Source of the DNA: Enterobacteriaceae bacterium UBA5654
Lineage (GTDB): Bacteria > Pseudomonadota > Gammaproteobacteria > Enterobacterales > Enterobacteriaceae
NCBI GenBank assembly: GCA_002421005.1
Contig: DIJC01000023.1
Coordinates: forward strand, 37,735 to 69,734
DNA: 32,000 bases
Reading direction: 5' to 3'
In this document: positions 30,199 to 32,000 of the stretch, piece after piece
How positions within the stretch are numbered: position 1 is the first letter of the stretch
How the letters are laid out: every line of letters begins with the position of its first letter
Position numbers and translations under genes: made by a program
Notes under the pieces: generated by a model
What the model was told of the DNA's origin: nothing
What the model saw: the letters and a program-made list of their open reading frames with translations, nothing else
Databases searched by the model: none

Positions 30199-31191
30199 AT
30201 GAGTCAGAATACGCTGAAAGTTCATGATTTAAATGAAGACGCGCAATTTGATGAGAATGGAGTAGAGGCTTTTGATGAAAAAGCCTTAGTCGTTGAGGAA
30301 CCTGGTGATAGTGACCTGGCAGAGGAAGAGCTGTTAGCGCAGGGCGCGACACAACGCGTACTGGATGCCACCCAGCTTTACCTCGGAGAGATCGGTTATT
30401 CTCCATTATTAACTGCGGAAGAAGAAGTTTACTTCGCCCGTCGCGCTCTGCGCGGAGATGTTGCCTCACGCCGTCGCATGATTGAAAGTAACCTGCGTCT
30501 GGTGGTGAAAATTGCCCGTCGTTACGGCAATCGTGGTCTGGCACTGCTGGATCTGATTGAAGAGGGCAACCTGGGGCTGATCCGTGCCGTTGAGAAGTTT
30601 GACCCGGAACGTGGTTTCCGTTTCTCAACCTACGCGACGTGGTGGATCCGTCAGACCATTGAACGGGCGATCATGAATCAAACCCGTACTATTCGTCTGC
30701 CGATTCATATTGTTAAAGAGCTGAACGTGTATCTGCGTACCGCGCGTGAACTGTCCCATAAGCTGGACCACGAGCCGAGTGCGGAAGAAATTGCCGAACA
30801 GCTGGATAAACCGGTTGATGACGTAAGCCGTATGCTGCGTCTCAACGAGCGCATCACCTCGGTAGACACCCCTCTGGGTGGCGATTCCGAAAAAGCGCTG
30901 CTGGACATCCTGGCCGATGAAAAAGACAACGGTCCGGAAGACACCACGCAAGACGATGATATGAAACAAAGCATCGTTAAATGGCTGTTCGAACTGAACG
31001 CCAAACAGCGTGAAGTGCTGGCACGTCGTTTCGGTCTGCTGGGTTATGAAGCGGCTACGCTCGAAGATGTGGGTCGTGAAATCGGCCTGACACGCGAACG
31101 CGTTCGTCAGATCCAGGTTGAAGGTCTGCGTCGCCTGCGTGAAATCCTTCAGGCGCAAGGGCTGAATATCGAAGCGCTGTTCCGCGAGTAA
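30199..31191 (+). CDS. rpoS: RNA polymerase sigma factor sigma-S (sigma-38)
   Basis: 330-aa intact [24 protein letters not shown]...EALFRE. No premature stop. Confidence 0.98.
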   Translation: MSQNTLKVHDLNEDAQFDENGVEAFDEKALVVEEPGDSDLAEEELLAQGATQRVLDATQLYLGEIGYSPLLTAEEEVYFARRALRGDVASRRRMIESNLRLVVKIARRYGNRGLALLDLIEEGNLGLIRAVEKFDPERGFRFSTYATWWIRQTIERAIMNQTRTIRLPIHIVKELNVYLRTARELSHKLDHEPSAEEIAEQLDKPVDDVSRMLRLNERITSVDTPLGGDSEKALLDILADEKDNGPEDTTQDDDMKQSIVKWLFELNAKQREVLARRFGLLGYEAATLEDVGREIGLTRERVRQIQVEGLRRLREILQAQGLNIEALFRE

Positions 31192-31210
31192 TAAACAGTT
31201 CCATCAAAAA

Positions 31211-31240
31211 AGGCCACTCTTACGGAGTGGCCTTTTTCTT
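31211..31240 (+). terminator. Rho-independent terminator of rpoS
   Basis: AGGCCACTC-TTACG-GAGTGGCCT followed by TTTTTCTTT. An A-run upstream means it could also act bidirectionally. Confidence 0.85.
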
Positions 31241-31382
31241 TGCGTGGCGATCGCGCTTTAGCCTGTTGGCTGATGGATACCCGCGCCCGAAGGATAAGTG
31301 ACTCCTGGCGGAAACGACATGCATCCTGTAAATGTCGATGCAGGAGAAAGCCGTTCTCGTATCCAAAAATCAACTGGCCTGT

Positions 31383-32000
31383 TTACTGAAGTTGGTAAAA
31401 CGATAATTTACCCGATTTTGCCGAGCCGGTATCAATATAAACCTGGTTGGCAAAAGTTTGCTGGTGAGTAAATATCATATGACCAAAAATAAACACCTCG
31501 GCACCGTCAACAGGGCGGGTATTTCCTTCCAGCGATTGTAATACGCGATCGACTGACCATAATACGCCATTCAGATCGACCTGTTTATTGAAGCGGTAAC
31601 GGTTATCAGGATAATCTGCGTGAGCAATAACATGCTTACCTTTAGCGGTATCAATTTCAATAATATGTGGCAACCGGTGAAAGCGTAGCAGCAGATCGAT
31701 AGCCTCCTGTTGTTCCGCCGCATTCAGGTCAAAGAACCAGCCGCCGCCGCTGTTCAGCCACATATTGCCATCCTGCGTGGCGAACGCTTCCAGCGCCATC
31801 GCTTCATGGTTACCCATCACCGACACAAACCACGGCCGATCCAGCAGGCGTAGCACTTCCAGGTTTTCCGGGCCACGATCAATATTATCGCCAACGGAAA
31901 TTAATAAATCTTTTTCAGGAGAGAAATCCAGATCGGCGAGGCGTGATTGCAGTAAAGAATAACAACCGTGAATATCCCCGACGGCCCAAATATGGCGGCA
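31383..32000 (-). CDS. pphB: Serine/threonine protein phosphatase (PphB-like, lambda-phosphatase family), 5' end outside the window
   Basis: The frame stays open to position 32000: ...RHIWAVGDIHGCYSLLQ...ISVGDNIDRGPENLEVLRLLDRPWFVSVMGNHEA... (GDxHG, GDxxDRG, GNHE motifs). The track ORF starting at 31856 is only the part after an internal GTG. Confidence 0.8.
   Translation of the reverse strand, partial: CRHIWAVGDIHGCYSLLQSRLADLDFSPEKDLLISVGDNIDRGPENLEVLRLLDRPWFVSVMGNHEAMALEAFATQDGNMWLNSGGGWFFDLNAAEQQEAIDLLLRFHRLPHIIEIDTAKGKHVIAHADYPDNRYRFNKQVDLNGVLWSVDRVLQSLEGNTRPVDGAEVFIFGHMIFTHQQTFANQVYIDTGSAKSGKLSFYQLQ

Overview
Enterobacteriaceae chromosomal segment covering the iap-cas-cys-rpoS neighbourhood. 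Proteins are close to the E. coli, Salmonella and Citrobacter orthologues as I recall them; it is not E. coli K-12, because the repeat differs and there is an extra cysG. Order: trailer end of a type I-E CRISPR array (1-1232), queD(-), cysJIH(+), cas3(-), a 611-bp cas3/cas8e intergenic region, cas8e-cse2-cas7-cas5-cas6e-cas1-cas2(+), leader, a 50-repeat/49-spacer array (15658-18676), iap(-), cysG-cysDNC, ygbE, ftsB, ispDF, truD, surE, pcm, nlpD, rpoS, terminator, pphB-like(-, cut by the window end). Most of this is ordinary, intact core genome.

The main finding is in the cas3/cas8e intergenic region. It holds a degenerate, inverted two-repeat mini-CRISPR with a 21-nt pseudo-spacer (9151-9229). 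About 80-125 bp away lie two abutting sites, each with a canonical AAG PAM and a full seed match to that pseudo-spacer (9280-9327), over promoter-like hexamers. This is the signature of a Cascade-guided self-regulatory (CreR/CreA-like) module. A small hydrophobic ORF and a strong hairpin lie downstream.

Secondary observations:
- two spacers re-acquired in swapped order, one differing at seed position 2
- three spacers that contain CRISPR-repeat-like sequence
- repeat polymorphism blocks that record array history
- a sharp GC drop in the 5' third of cas3

I could not exhaustively search spacers against the window by eye, and no database search was possible.
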